Notes: generated by a model from the letters alone, not told the origin. Counted from the first letter of the stretch, positions 18,523 through 29,384 are shown. The stretch: 64,000 nt of DNA from an uncultured Gammaproteobacteria bacterium (GCA_947259885.1 CAMYNW010000018.1:77061-141060), one strand, 5' to 3'. A program made the numbers and translations.

Positions 18523-19392
18523 CTAAACCAGCCACCAAAGCACAATCGTAATTACCAATAACGCCATCGCATTCCCTACAAGCACTAGCGAGGCAACCAG
18601 CTCTGGATCTTGATCATATTGTTCAGCGAACAGAAAATTCAGCACCGCTGGCGGTAATGCGGCGAATAGAATCAAGAGACCAAATTGAAAATTAGTTAAG
18701 GGGATAAACGATCCGATTAGTATCGCAGGGATGATTCCACTTAGCGGGCAAATTAAAGCACCCACTATCCCGGAGCGCAAATGGGAACTTTCGACATTTA
18801 CCATGCGTACGCCTAAGGAGAACAACATGAACGGAATCACGATCTGACCCAGCATGGAAATCGGCTGCAACACAAATCCTGGAATCTCGATTCGCGCAAA
18901 ATTCACCACCAATCCGGCAAACGTTGCAATATTAACCGGATTGATGAAAAATTCTTTCCACGACACGATTCCACCAAAGATCCATGTTCCCAAAGTAAAG
19001 TGCAACACGTTACTAATCAGGAACAACACCACCATTGCTTCAAGCCCCGCGTCACCGAAGGCCAGCAGCGCCAGCGGCAAGCCGAGATTGCCGCAATTAT
19101 TAAACATCATCGGCGGTAAAAACGCCCTGATCCGGTAATGCATCAGTCTGGCGACAGGCCAGGCTATCAAGCCCGATCCCAGCACCACGGCCAAGCCTCC
19201 GAGCGCCAACCATTGATACTCGATCACCTGGAAATCCTTACGCGACATGACGTCAAAAACCAGCGCCGGCACGAACACAAACAGGATCATCTGATTCACT
19301 CCACGCAATCCTGGCTGATACATCCTCCCGTACACATATCCCGCCAATACCAATGTAAACACTGGAAAAAGGATCTCAATTATTTTCATCAA
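18523..19392 (-). CDS. AEC (auxin efflux carrier) family transporter
   Basis: 289 aa, about 9-10 hydrophobic segments. The sequence resembles bacterial AEC/malonate-transporter-like permeases. Confidence 0.8.
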   Translation of the reverse strand: MMKIIEILFPVFTLVLAGYVYGRMYQPGLRGVNQMILFVFVPALVFDVMSRKDFQVIEYQWLALGGLAVVLGSGLIAWPVARLMHYRIRAFLPPMMFNNCGNLGLPLALLAFGDAGLEAMVVLFLISNVLHFTLGTWIFGGIVSWKEFFINPVNIATFAGLVVNFARIEIPGFVLQPISMLGQIVIPFMLFSLGVRMVNVESSHLRSGIVGALICPLSGIIPAILIGSFIPLTNFQFGLLILFAALPPAVLNFLFAEQYDQDPELVASLVLVGNAMALLVITIVLWWLV

Positions 19393-19471
19393 AACAAGGT
19401 CGTAGCACTAAATGCGACGAGACATTTTTAGTCCGAACGGATACGGCGAACGCGGTAAAATAAAAACTAGA

Positions 19472-20623
19472 CTATTCTTTAAGCCAGCTGCGGTCCATTT
19501 CCGCAATAGACCCACACCCAAGTTGCTTCAGAGTTCTATCAATCTCATCTTTGAATATATTAATCACCTGGTCAGCGCCCTTTGTCCCCATCGCACCCAT
19601 GCCCCAAAAAAAGGAACGACCAGAAAAACTCATACTAGCGCCGAGTGCTTTAGCGCGCACAACATCCATGCCGGTGCGGATTCCACTATCAACCATGACC
19701 TCGAGTTTCGCCCTTGCCTCGAGCGACAAATTTTTCAGGCTATAAACTGAAGACGGTGCAGCATCGAGCTGCCGACCGCCATGATTAGAGATGATAACGC
19801 CATCGATACCTAGATCGATGGCGTCACGTAAATCCGGCTCATACTGCACTCCCTTCAGGACCAAAGGTCCGTCCCAAAGCTCTCTTATCATTTCCACCCT
19901 TTCCCTGGTCACACCGTGCATATTGAAATTAGTAATAAACTGCGCCAAACCTTCATTTTGACCTTCTTTGTAACGAAGCACATTTACGAAATCTGGTTGT
20001 CCATGAATCAAGGTTTCTATGGACCAAACGGGGTGTGTCATCGCCTGCCAAACAATATGTGGTGTAAAACTAAACGGCAGTTTCAGTCCGTTCTTGAGTT
20101 CACGGTTACGTTTTGCACCAACCGGAATATCTAATGTCACGACCAGAGCATTAAATCCTGCTTCTTTTACACGACCCAGCAGGTCTTTCATCACCTCAAC
20201 TTTCTCTGGCACGTAGAGTTGAAACCAGCATACGTCAGGGGCTACCTTGGCGATCTCTTCCAGCGCTGTAGTGCTGAAGGTACTGAGAATATATGGAATG
20301 TTCGCATTCTGGGAAGCGGTTGCCAACGCCAGTTCCGCCCCAGGCCACATCATATTGCCAAGACCGACCGGGGACACGCCAAAAGGCATCGCATAATCAT
20401 GCCCAAAAATTATCGAAGTCTGATCCGCAGTAGAAACATCTAGTAGATAACGAGGCGTCAACTCAACTTCGTGCCACGCATTACGATTACGACGCTTCCC
20501 GTGCTCCTGATCAATACCACCATCAACGTAATCAAATGCAAAGCTTGGAATCCGCCTCTTAGCTCGCGTCTTCAAATCCGCCACCGATGGATAGCGGGTA
20601 TCGTAGTTCAGTAAAGTGGACAT
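19472..20623 (-). CDS. FMN-dependent alpha-hydroxy acid dehydrogenase (L-lactate dehydrogenase/glycolate oxidase family)
   Basis: 383 aa. Active-site motif SNHGGRQLD and an FMN-binding barrel. Confidence 0.85.
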   Translation of the reverse strand: MSTLLNYDTRYPSVADLKTRAKRRIPSFAFDYVDGGIDQEHGKRRNRNAWHEVELTPRYLLDVSTADQTSIIFGHDYAMPFGVSPVGLGNMMWPGAELALATASQNANIPYILSTFSTTALEEIAKVAPDVCWFQLYVPEKVEVMKDLLGRVKEAGFNALVVTLDIPVGAKRNRELKNGLKLPFSFTPHIVWQAMTHPVWSIETLIHGQPDFVNVLRYKEGQNEGLAQFITNFNMHGVTRERVEMIRELWDGPLVLKGVQYEPDLRDAIDLGIDGVIISNHGGRQLDAAPSSVYSLKNLSLEARAKLEVMVDSGIRTGMDVVRAKALGASMSFSGRSFFWGMGAMGTKGADQVINIFKDEIDRTLKQLGCGSIAEMDRSWLKE

Positions 20624-20626
20624 CAG

Positions 20627-21436
20627 TCAGCGCCTTAACGAGTTAATTTCTTCACATAATCGCCTGGCTTCCGCTCCGGCACGTTGGGCAAAATCCTTTG
20701 CTTGTCCAGCATAGATGATTGAACGCGAAGCATTTATCATTAGCCCATAGCCGGCCTGATCCAGGCCACTATCTAACACTTGCTGTAGATCACCCCCTTG
20801 GGCACCTATACCCGGGATCAGCAGGGGCATATCACCAACAAGTTTTCGGATTTCTGCAATCTGCGCCGGATAAGTCGCGCCCACCACGAGCGCCACATTG
20901 TCATTCTTATTCCAACGCTCAACCGCCATGCGAGCTACCAGAGATGCTATCGAACCTTCGGGGGTCTCCAGGGCCTGGATATCCCCGCTACCAGGATTAG
21001 ATGTTCTGCACAGTATGACCACTCCTTTGTCAGCATAAGACAGAAACGGTTCCAGAGTGTCTCCGCCCATATAAGGATTCACGGTTACCGCGTCCGCATG
21101 GTAACGTTCGAATGCTTCGCGGGCGTACATGGTTGCGGTCGCCCCGATGTCACCACGTTTGGCATCTAAAATGACCGGCACGCCAGGGTGGTGCTTGTGA
21201 ATGTAATCGATAGTCTGGGCAAGTTCATGCTCAGCGCCGACGGCGGAATAATAAGCGATTTGCGGTTTGAAGGCGCAGACCCAGGGCGCGGTGGCATCGA
21301 TAATTTTCTGATTAAACAGATATAAACGGTCAGATCCGACAATTGAAGAAGGGATCTTGTCTGGATCCGGATCAAGGCCGACACACAGAAGAGAATTCCG
21401 CTTACGCCACGCTATATTGAGTTTTTGTTTAAACAT
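20627..21436 (-). CDS. pyrF: Orotidine 5'-phosphate decarboxylase (type 2)
   Basis: 269 aa. LCVGLDPD, DAKRGDIG and IPGIGAQGG motifs. Confidence 0.9.
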   Translation of the reverse strand: MFKQKLNIAWRKRNSLLCVGLDPDPDKIPSSIVGSDRLYLFNQKIIDATAPWVCAFKPQIAYYSAVGAEHELAQTIDYIHKHHPGVPVILDAKRGDIGATATMYAREAFERYHADAVTVNPYMGGDTLEPFLSYADKGVVILCRTSNPGSGDIQALETPEGSIASLVARMAVERWNKNDNVALVVGATYPAQIAEIRKLVGDMPLLIPGIGAQGGDLQQVLDSGLDQAGYGLMINASRSIIYAGQAKDFAQRAGAEARRLCEEINSLRR

Positions 21437-21472
21437 GAAAGTTATCGTTCGATGAGCCCAACTTTATGCATA

Positions 21473-22546
21473 CTATTGTGCATTGAAAATCAAAATTTCT
21501 CTCAACAGCGCAGTAGCAAAGGATCCACTAGGCAACACAAATTCCAGGCGAATTTCATTGCCCTGTTCAAAACTCCAGGTCAACTCTTGGGGAATTAACC
21601 TGAGAGCGCGTCTTTGTTGGCGCATACTAAAATGCGCCAGCCCCTCGGGCAGTAGCGGAATATTCCCAACCACCTTGGATTCGAACTGAGCTACTTCTCC
21701 TTTTGTCGGCACCTCGCCCTGCCCCCATAAGGGGCCCGTAAGGTGCAGATCGTGACGCGCTATTCTATCAACAACTGAGAGATCCGAGCCATCGTGGATG
21801 AAATACGCGTTGTTACCATCTAGCTGCATCGCGTCTCCAAGTATCGGTTCGTTCCAGATCCAGCGAGCGAGCCTTTCCGAAAGCACCTGATTGAACACCC
21901 ATGAGCGTGCGGCGGAAAGCGCCATTCCTCTCGCGATACGGTTGATTTTTAATCTCTCTCCTTGAAATAAACTGCCCGCGGTATTCAGATTATTTCCACC
22001 CCGACCAAAGCGTTGCGGACCAAAATAATTCGGCGCACCTTCTTGATTGATTGTACGTAATCGTAATTCCATCTCCGCCTCATCTCCACTGAAATTTCTG
22101 ACCCGGATTTGAAATCGATTTGCGCGGTGTACCCCTCTTTTTAGTTTATTCGGCTGCGCAGAAAGAGTAATCAATTCGAGCTGAGAATGGTCACTAACAA
22201 AATCTTCAACGGTTTTGCTTAGCTTATCGCGATCGTTTCTAATTGGAATACTGAACCACTGGCGGGTTATGGCATTTCGATCCTTTTGGCCGCTGAACCC
22301 CACATCCTGCTGCCTGACGCCAACTGCCTTCGAAATCAACGACACAACCTCAACGGTATTCATACTCCGCTTGCTGATACTTGCCCACAAATGATCCCCC
22401 TCACCGCTCGGTTCAAATCCTAGTAATTCCTCTACCTTAAAATCTTCTGGCTGAACGCGTATAGTGCCAGTGCAACTGGGGCTGCCAAGTAAGAAGTTCC
22501 ACTGGTCCAGCGCAAATTGCGGCCTGCTACTTATATGTGCGCTCAT
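21473..22546 (-). CDS. truD: tRNA pseudouridine(13) synthase
   Basis: 357 aa. FKVEE near the N-terminus, GFSGQKDRNAITRQWFS (catalytic Asp region), NYFGPQRFG. Confidence 0.9.
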   Translation of the reverse strand: MSAHISSRPQFALDQWNFLLGSPSCTGTIRVQPEDFKVEELLGFEPSGEGDHLWASISKRSMNTVEVVSLISKAVGVRQQDVGFSGQKDRNAITRQWFSIPIRNDRDKLSKTVEDFVSDHSQLELITLSAQPNKLKRGVHRANRFQIRVRNFSGDEAEMELRLRTINQEGAPNYFGPQRFGRGGNNLNTAGSLFQGERLKINRIARGMALSAARSWVFNQVLSERLARWIWNEPILGDAMQLDGNNAYFIHDGSDLSVVDRIARHDLHLTGPLWGQGEVPTKGEVAQFESKVVGNIPLLPEGLAHFSMRQQRRALRLIPQELTWSFEQGNEIRLEFVLPSGSFATALLREILIFNAQ

Positions 22547-22600
22547 AGGTTATTGGGAAAGGGATATAATGTCGTTGGTTCTAAGATTCGATTTTAACTG

Positions 22601-23416
22601 ATGTCCGCCGCCACACTACCTTACCTACTCGAACCAGATACACTGGCAAATCACCTCGATGATGACTGCATAAGAATTGTTTGTCTGGGCAAGCGCGAAC
22701 AGTATCTTGCAGCGCATATTCCGGGAGCCGTTTATCTCGATATCTCTATGCTGAATCGAGGTAGCAAGCCCGCTGCTGGACTGCTACCCGACATCGACGT
22801 CATTGAGCAGACCTTTCAAAATGTCGGGCTTACAAAATCACTGCATGTTGTTTGTTATGATGACGAGGCTGGCACTCGAGCGGCACGGATGATGTGGGTA
22901 CTGGAAGCCATGGGACATCACAATCAGTCCTATTTAAATGGTGGACTCACCGCATGGGCTGCGCAGCACCTTCCCCTTCGAAAAGGTGCCGAATCCGTAA
23001 TGGCTTCCGATTGGATTGCTCGCCCCAACTCCTCGGTAATTGCTAGTAAACGCTACGTGCTTGAATCGCTCGAAGACCCGAATACTCAGATTCTTGATGC
23101 GCGGACTCCAGAAGAACATCATGGTATGAAATCAGCTTCCGCCCGACGTGGCAGGATTCCAGGATCTGTCAACCTTAACTGGCTCGACACAATCGACACT
23201 GACAACCATAGAAAATTAAAATCACCAGATGAACTCAATCATCTATTAAAGCAACGTGGGTTCGATCGAAACAAGGAAATAATAGCTCATTGCCAGACCC
23301 ACCAGAGATCCTCTCACAGCTTTATGATGCTGCGTTCGCTGGGATTCAATAATGTAAAAGGGTACGCAGGCTCCTGGTCGGAGTGGGCCGATGACCCAGC
23401 ACTGCCCATTGAGTAG
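22601..23416 (+). CDS. Tandem-rhodanese sulfurtransferase (thiosulfate/3-mercaptopyruvate sulfurtransferase family)
   Basis: 271 aa with two rhodanese domains. The catalytic loop CQTHQRS is in the second; GHIPGA/GRIPGS motifs are present. Confidence 0.8.
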   Translation: MSAATLPYLLEPDTLANHLDDDCIRIVCLGKREQYLAAHIPGAVYLDISMLNRGSKPAAGLLPDIDVIEQTFQNVGLTKSLHVVCYDDEAGTRAARMMWVLEAMGHHNQSYLNGGLTAWAAQHLPLRKGAESVMASDWIARPNSSVIASKRYVLESLEDPNTQILDARTPEEHHGMKSASARRGRIPGSVNLNWLDTIDTDNHRKLKSPDELNHLLKQRGFDRNKEIIAHCQTHQRSSHSFMMLRSLGFNNVKGYAGSWSEWADDPALPIE

Positions 23417-23434
23417 CGGTAGCTTGACGATAGA

Positions 23435-25834
23435 TTATATTGCCTGTAGACGTGGCAACTTGATAGTCTGACCCGCTGACAATCCGGGTGCTAAACGCAA
23501 TTCAGGATTTAGTCTATAGATTAACCACAACGGAAATCCAAATTGCTTTGACATATACCAGAGAGACTCTCCCGCCTTTATTACGTAATTATCAATCCCC
23601 ACCAAACGGTAGTTCTCCTTGAGTTTTTCACTCAGAACCTGGTGGTACTCCAAACGCATTTGCTCAAATCGAGCCACGGTTTGTGGCGTAATTTGCGGCA
23701 ATACGATTCTTTGACCCAACCTGAGAGAAGTACTTGACTTGAGCCGGTTAGTTTTTCTCAGTGTGCTGGATCCGCCTAACCCTAGCCAATCCGAAAAATG
23801 CCCCAGGGTTTCATCCACTTCGACGAAAATATAATACACCGGCTCACCACCTTCGCTGCCCACACGTATGCTGAGGTCGGGCAATGTGTCGAGCAGATTA
23901 ATAAGTTGATTATTAGATACTGCAGGACCTGGCTCGCGTTGCACTGACGCCCTCTTCCCCACCTCTGATGCTGAAGGCTTTGCACTGGCCAGCTGGACGG
24001 CTGTTTGGGAGGTCGCTGGTGCTTGATATCCCGGCACTCTAAGTTTCTGACCAGGATAAATAGTAGCCCTCTTATTGAGCTTATTGATTCGAATCAGTTC
24101 ACGACAGCTGACAGAGAATCGAGCCGCAATTACACATGCTGCATCGCCCTTTTGCACAATATATCGATTGTCCGCGTTGAGTCCTGCTGAACTAGCTGTC
24201 AGATAGTCTTTTCGCGGCACAACCAGTTTCTGGCCGATATAAATTTTGGCGCTTCGGCTAAGCTGATTCGCCCTGATCAACTCACGACAGCTCACCCCCG
24301 TTCGGTTGGCAATGCCGCAGGCGGTGTCGCCTCGTCTCACAACCCAGATTTTTTCCACAGCATCCTTTGCTCCCGCAGCTGCCTGAGTACTTGCTGCAAT
24401 CACCGTACCCCCAGCCACAGCTTGTCTTGGTATCACCAGCTTCTGGCCAATTCGAATCATTGCACTCCTGCCTAATCCATTGGCATTTATGAGTTCACTG
24501 CAGTTTACCCGCAGTGCTCTGGCCACACCGCAAGCGGTATCACCTCTTCTTACCACGTAACTATCGCCCCCTGGGACGCCCTTTTCCGGTTTAAGGGATT
24601 TGAGTCTGGCAATCTCCTGCTCCCATTTATCATTATGGAGGGGCAGCCTCAATCGATAACCAGCCGGTATCAGGCGCCAACCGTTCCAAATAAATCGTGT
24701 CAACGGCTGGTTCAGTGGTTTAAGCTCCTTGTCGCTAAGATCAAAAACTTTGTAAATTCGGTCAATTGAAGTGGCATGCTGCAGCACCAAAGTTTGGTAG
24801 CGAATTGGTTCAGTGCTCACAACAGTGCCAAAGTATTTGTCGGCATTGGTGGCCACATGCTTAGCCGCAAGAAAACTGGCGTAAAAGTTTTTTACTGCCA
24901 CTTGAAAGCTAGGCGATTTGTAGCGGTTCAGCACCTGCATGTAGTCAGGGCTAACTCTATTAATCGCCCGGCGCATTCCATTAATTCCATAGTTATAGGA
25001 CGTAATCACGAATGGATTTATTTCCGCAGGCGATATATCTGGCTTTTTCTCTAGCGAGGCCTTGGTCAGCGTGGTTGTTGCATTTCGGAAATATTTTGCG
25101 GCCGCCCTGGTCGCCGCCTCAGGATCGAGACGCTCGTCTACGGTGGCATTGAGCTCGAGGCCCAGAGAACGAGCGGTTGCTGGCATGATCTGCCACAGAC
25201 CGGCAGCACCCGCTTTGGAGTACGCCGCAGGATTATATGAAGATTCTACGAAAGGCAAATACCGAATTTCTGGAGGAAGATCATTTTCCAGCAACACCCG
25301 GTCTACCATACTGGAATACTGATTAAAACGCTTGAGGCCTTTTACAAAACTGTCTTTCACACCACTCTGGCAGCGTATCTTCTTAGCCGCACTGCGAATT
25401 TCCTTTGCATTCTGCGATGGAAAAAGAGTCAATAGATGGCGCTGCCGTTTGTTAGTGACCTTACGGCCATTAGAAAGATTGGTTGCTAAGGCGTTGAGCG
25501 AATCGGTAATGGTCTTACGGTTGGATTTGATCCGCCTGGAAACCATACTGCTGCATCCTCGCCCGGTATCGATGACCATGTAGACCCGTTCCGGTGCATT
25601 GGGATCGTGGAGTATCGCTTTGCCCTTGTCCCAACCCTTGAACACCTGAATCCAAAAGTCTACACGTCGGCGGATCTCTGGGGGGCATGGAAAACTCGCG
25701 CTGCATCGCAGTTTGTGTTCTGGCAGCAAATGATCTGCCATCGCGGGTCGCACCACGATCAATAGCAGTGCCAGTGGCAATACCGCCGCAAGCGCCAGAC
25801 CTCTTAGATAATCCTCGATGTAAATGTGCCTCAT
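23435..25834 (-). CDS. Lytic murein transglycosylase (MltD-like) with four LysM repeats
   Basis: 799 aa. Signal/anchor N-terminus and an SLT catalytic region (FVESSYNPAAYSKAGAAGLWQIMPATA). Three tandem LysM repeats (VVRRGDTACG...IGQKLVIP) plus a fourth at the C-terminus. Confidence 0.8.
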   Translation of the reverse strand: MRHIYIEDYLRGLALAAVLPLALLLIVVRPAMADHLLPEHKLRCSASFPCPPEIRRRVDFWIQVFKGWDKGKAILHDPNAPERVYMVIDTGRGCSSMVSRRIKSNRKTITDSLNALATNLSNGRKVTNKRQRHLLTLFPSQNAKEIRSAAKKIRCQSGVKDSFVKGLKRFNQYSSMVDRVLLENDLPPEIRYLPFVESSYNPAAYSKAGAAGLWQIMPATARSLGLELNATVDERLDPEAATRAAAKYFRNATTTLTKASLEKKPDISPAEINPFVITSYNYGINGMRRAINRVSPDYMQVLNRYKSPSFQVAVKNFYASFLAAKHVATNADKYFGTVVSTEPIRYQTLVLQHATSIDRIYKVFDLSDKELKPLNQPLTRFIWNGWRLIPAGYRLRLPLHNDKWEQEIARLKSLKPEKGVPGGDSYVVRRGDTACGVARALRVNCSELINANGLGRSAMIRIGQKLVIPRQAVAGGTVIAASTQAAAGAKDAVEKIWVVRRGDTACGIANRTGVSCRELIRANQLSRSAKIYIGQKLVVPRKDYLTASSAGLNADNRYIVQKGDAACVIAARFSVSCRELIRINKLNKRATIYPGQKLRVPGYQAPATSQTAVQLASAKPSASEVGKRASVQREPGPAVSNNQLINLLDTLPDLSIRVGSEGGEPVYYIFVEVDETLGHFSDWLGLGGSSTLRKTNRLKSSTSLRLGQRIVLPQITPQTVARFEQMRLEYHQVLSEKLKENYRLVGIDNYVIKAGESLWYMSKQFGFPLWLIYRLNPELRLAPGLSAGQTIKLPRLQAI

Positions 25835-25924
25835 TACCCGGACAATGTATGTGGTCCTGTAACTCGCGCCCCGCGCCGGCTAAAGGTTATAATATGTAAT
25901 CAATAGCCGGATCAGAATAACATC

Positions 25925-27865
25925 ATGTTGCTCGCCGGCGTAGCGAGATTGTACGACAAACCAATTGAAAAATGCATGGAACCTGACAAGTTATCCGCGA
26001 ATGAAGAAGTCTCTGGTACTTCGCTGACGACTGCCCCTAAAAACCACACTGAAGATCTACTCAACCATTTGGAATCGTTGCTTAATGGTAATAAAGTTAT
26101 CGATGAGCATCGAGCAAAGTATTTAAGGAAATCGTGGGACTCCCTTAAGCAGGATAACAAGGTTGATATTTCCGCGCTAGCCAAGCTTGAAAAGGGGTTT
26201 GAAGTCCTTAGAGAACGAATCCACCAACAGGTTGAAGAACGCAACGGTCGTTATGCTGAAATTGAGCAAGGCCTTGCGCGACTAAAGACCGCGCTATCAG
26301 CCGACGACCTGAAAAGCTCGCAGGAATTGGAACAACTGATCATCTCCAAACTCAACCGCATTCAAGGGCTATCGAGTCAACGGCGTCAGAAAATTATTGG
26401 TGAACTCGAGGCATTTCAGCCCAAAATTAAAAAGCTTGCCTCATGGCGCCACTGGGGCACTGTGCAAGCACGTGAAAAGATTATCAAAGAAATTCAGAAC
26501 ATCCACGATTCGGAGACGGATCTGGAAAAAGTTGCCACCCGAATCAAACAGGCCCGAGAGCAGTGGAAGCAGTGGGACAATACTGGCGAAGGTGGTAACA
26601 AAAAGCTTTATCTGACGTTTGACCAGGCCTGTACTGCGGCGTATGAGCCATGCAAAGCCTTGTTTGAGACTCAGCGCAAGCAACGGGAAGAATCAAGCCG
26701 TAGCCGACTTAATATCTGCGAATTTCTGGAAAATGAGTACGAGAAAACAGATTGGCGAGAGCCGAACTGGAAAAATATTCAAAAAAATGTTCGCGAGCAG
26801 GTTTCACGCTGGCGCAAACTGGGGCCAGCAGAATACAAAGACCGGAAGCCATCGAATCGAAGATTCGAAAAGATCATCGAAAAATTTGAAGGTCCATTAG
26901 ATCGAGAACGTAAAAGAAACTTGAATCAGCGCCAGGAGCTAGTTGCTGAAATAAACAGACTGGTTGACTTGGAGGATACACGTAAAGCCATAGCAGAGTT
27001 ACAGCCACTTAAAAAGAAATGGCTGGTAACTGTTTCTGGCAGACGCAAACAGGAACAGACGGTTTGGAAACAGTTCACATCAGCATGCGACGCGGTGTAC
27101 GAAAAATCGAGGCAATCCAAGAAAGCATTCGATCAACAGTTGAATCTACAGCTAGAAATCAAACAGCAAATTTGTAGCGAAATCGAAGCAAAGGTTCAGG
27201 AAAAATATCCTGAAGCAGCGGCTCTTACTACACAGATCAATCAGTGGACTGATCGCTGGTCTCAGTCAGGTCGGGCCCCGAAAGCAAACGCGAAGCAAAT
27301 TGAAAAGAGATTCGGTGACGCGATAGGCGAAGCGCGCAAGCTCAGGGCTCAGCTAGAACAAGCTGATCAATCGAAAAATGACCAGGTGCTTTTTGATTGT
27401 GCAGCGCTGTGCAGCGCTATCGAAAGACAAGTGTTTGAGCATTGTGCCCTCGATTTAGATTCTATTAATAAATGTTGGCAACAACTGGGTCCGATCGAAC
27501 AAAGCCTGCATTCCGCCATGCAAGCGAGATTGGACCAAGCGGTCACGGCGGCAACAGATTCCAGCCAGCGTCGAAAACTCGAAGATATTCTCACCCGCAA
27601 TTTCGAACTCGTGAACGGTTACCTGCTGCAGCTTGAGATCAACGCCGGAGTCGACTCACCCACCACTTATACCAAACAACGTATGGCGCTGCAGATAGGT
27701 CGACTATCCAATGCAATGGGAAAAGCTTCTGAGCAGGAACTACTAAATAATCGGGAATTGATCAATCGTATTCACACTACTGGGGCTCTGCCACCCGATT
27801 GTCAAATGGAAGTCGATAAACGTTTCAATCAGTGTTACATAGCGCTCTACAATGACAATCATTAG
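25925..27865 (+). CDS. DUF349 domain-containing protein
   Basis: 646 aa, highly charged and helical. Recurring W-containing DUF349-like repeats (QAREQWKQWDNTG, VSRWRKLGP, KKKWLVT...VWKQF, QWTDRWSQSG). The alternative ATG at 25976 is equally possible. Confidence 0.7.
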   Translation: MLLAGVARLYDKPIEKCMEPDKLSANEEVSGTSLTTAPKNHTEDLLNHLESLLNGNKVIDEHRAKYLRKSWDSLKQDNKVDISALAKLEKGFEVLRERIHQQVEERNGRYAEIEQGLARLKTALSADDLKSSQELEQLIISKLNRIQGLSSQRRQKIIGELEAFQPKIKKLASWRHWGTVQAREKIIKEIQNIHDSETDLEKVATRIKQAREQWKQWDNTGEGGNKKLYLTFDQACTAAYEPCKALFETQRKQREESSRSRLNICEFLENEYEKTDWREPNWKNIQKNVREQVSRWRKLGPAEYKDRKPSNRRFEKIIEKFEGPLDRERKRNLNQRQELVAEINRLVDLEDTRKAIAELQPLKKKWLVTVSGRRKQEQTVWKQFTSACDAVYEKSRQSKKAFDQQLNLQLEIKQQICSEIEAKVQEKYPEAAALTTQINQWTDRWSQSGRAPKANAKQIEKRFGDAIGEARKLRAQLEQADQSKNDQVLFDCAALCSAIERQVFEHCALDLDSINKCWQQLGPIEQSLHSAMQARLDQAVTAATDSSQRRKLEDILTRNFELVNGYLLQLEINAGVDSPTTYTKQRMALQIGRLSNAMGKASEQELLNNRELINRIHTTGALPPDCQMEVDKRFNQCYIALYNDNH

Positions 27866-29378
27866 TCAAGAAGACGTTATTCAAAGTGTTGCGGATAGTC
27901 TGCAATATATATCGTATTACCATTCGCCGGATTTTATTCAGGCGATGCATAGTGCATGGTTAAGAGAAGAATCTGAGTCCGCAAAGAACGCCATATCTCA
28001 AATTTTGATTAATTCACGAATGTCCGCGGAAGGCCGAAGACCTATCTGCCAGGACACCGGTATCGTGGTTGTATTTGTTAAGGTTGGCATGCAGGTCCAG
28101 TGGCAAACGAACATGTCATTGGATGAAATGATCAACCAAGGCGTTCGGCAAGCGTATCTGAATCCAGACAACCCTCTTCGAGCTTCTATAGTTGATCCGC
28201 CTGTGGGAAAACGCATGAATACTGCTGATAATACTCCGGCAGTTATTCATGTCGAAATGGTGCCAGGCGATAAATTAGGGATAACGGTTTCTGCTAAAGG
28301 CGGGGGCTCAGAAAATAAAAGCAAGTTCACGATATTGAATCCAAGTGATAGCGTGGCAGATTGGGTGCTTGAAACAGTGCCTAAAATGGGCGCCGGCTGG
28401 TGTCCACCGGGGGTTTTGGGGATTGGTCTGGGCGGCAGCGCAGAGAAGGCAATGGTCATGGCCAAAGAATCGCTAATGGCACCCATCGATATACAAGACC
28501 TGATCTCACGAGGTCCAAACAATGCCGCAGAAGAGCTTCGCCTAGAGCTTTTCGAAAAGGTGAACAATCTTGGAATCGGCGCCCAGGGTTTGGGGGGAAT
28601 AACCACCGTATTGGATGTCAAAGTAAACCAATACCCTACTCATGCCGCATCATTACCTGTGGCGATGATCCCTAATTGCGCCGCCACCCGCCATGCACAC
28701 TTTGTCCTGGACGGATCTGGTCCAGCCCACCTCGCCCAACCTAAACTGGCTGAGTGGCCAGAGGTCTCCTGGGAGCCAGGCAGCGATACTCTTAAAGTCA
28801 ATCTCGAAGAAACCGATCTGAATGAAATCGCGAAATGGAAGCCGGGCCAGACTTTGTTACTGAGCGGAAAGATACTGACCGGGCGTGACGCTGCGCATAA
28901 GCGTATTGCCGATTATTTCGAAAGAGGTGAAAAATTACCCAATGGCGTTGATTTCCATAATCGTTTCATATATTACGTGGGACCGGTAGACGCGGTTGGT
29001 GCAGAAGCGGTGGGGCCGGCAGGGCCCACGACTGCAACAAGAATGGATAAGTTTACGGACATGATGCTTGATCGAGCAGGCCTTCTCGGCATGATTGGCA
29101 AGGCTGAACGTGGAGAGGCTACCATTGAGAGTATTCGCAAACACAAATCCGTTTACCTGATTGCCGTCGGTGGCGCTGCCTACCTGGTATCTAAAGCGAT
29201 CAAGTCTGCCAAGGTTGTCGCCTTTGAAGATCTCGGGATGGAAGCGATCTATGAGTTCGAGGTGGATGAAATGCCGGTAACGGTCGCGGTCGATACAAAA
29301 GGAGAGTCGGTGCATCGCACCGGGCCAGAAATATGGCGTAACAAACTCAGCGTAAAAGTCGAGGAACCTGCGCTCTAG
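27852..29378 (+). CDS. Fumarate hydratase, class I (Fe-S dependent, fused alpha/beta type)
   Basis: 508 aa. CQDTGIVVVF, KGGGSENKS, CPPGVLGIGLGG and GPTTATRMD motifs. 14-nt overlap with the DUF349 gene. Confidence 0.9.
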   Translation: MTIISQEDVIQSVADSLQYISYYHSPDFIQAMHSAWLREESESAKNAISQILINSRMSAEGRRPICQDTGIVVVFVKVGMQVQWQTNMSLDEMINQGVRQAYLNPDNPLRASIVDPPVGKRMNTADNTPAVIHVEMVPGDKLGITVSAKGGGSENKSKFTILNPSDSVADWVLETVPKMGAGWCPPGVLGIGLGGSAEKAMVMAKESLMAPIDIQDLISRGPNNAAEELRLELFEKVNNLGIGAQGLGGITTVLDVKVNQYPTHAASLPVAMIPNCAATRHAHFVLDGSGPAHLAQPKLAEWPEVSWEPGSDTLKVNLEETDLNEIAKWKPGQTLLLSGKILTGRDAAHKRIADYFERGEKLPNGVDFHNRFIYYVGPVDAVGAEAVGPAGPTTATRMDKFTDMMLDRAGLLGMIGKAERGEATIESIRKHKSVYLIAVGGAAYLVSKAIKSAKVVAFEDLGMEAIYEFEVDEMPVTVAVDTKGESVHRTGPEIWRNKLSVKVEEPAL

Positions 29379-29384
29379 CGTTAA

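Noticed and set aside
27852-27865. 14-nt overlap of the DUF349 gene end with the fumarase start, considered as possible programmed coupling.
   Set aside because: Short overlaps are frequent across this window. I saw no slippery sequence or structure, and it is most simply an ordinary overlap or a slightly mis-set start.
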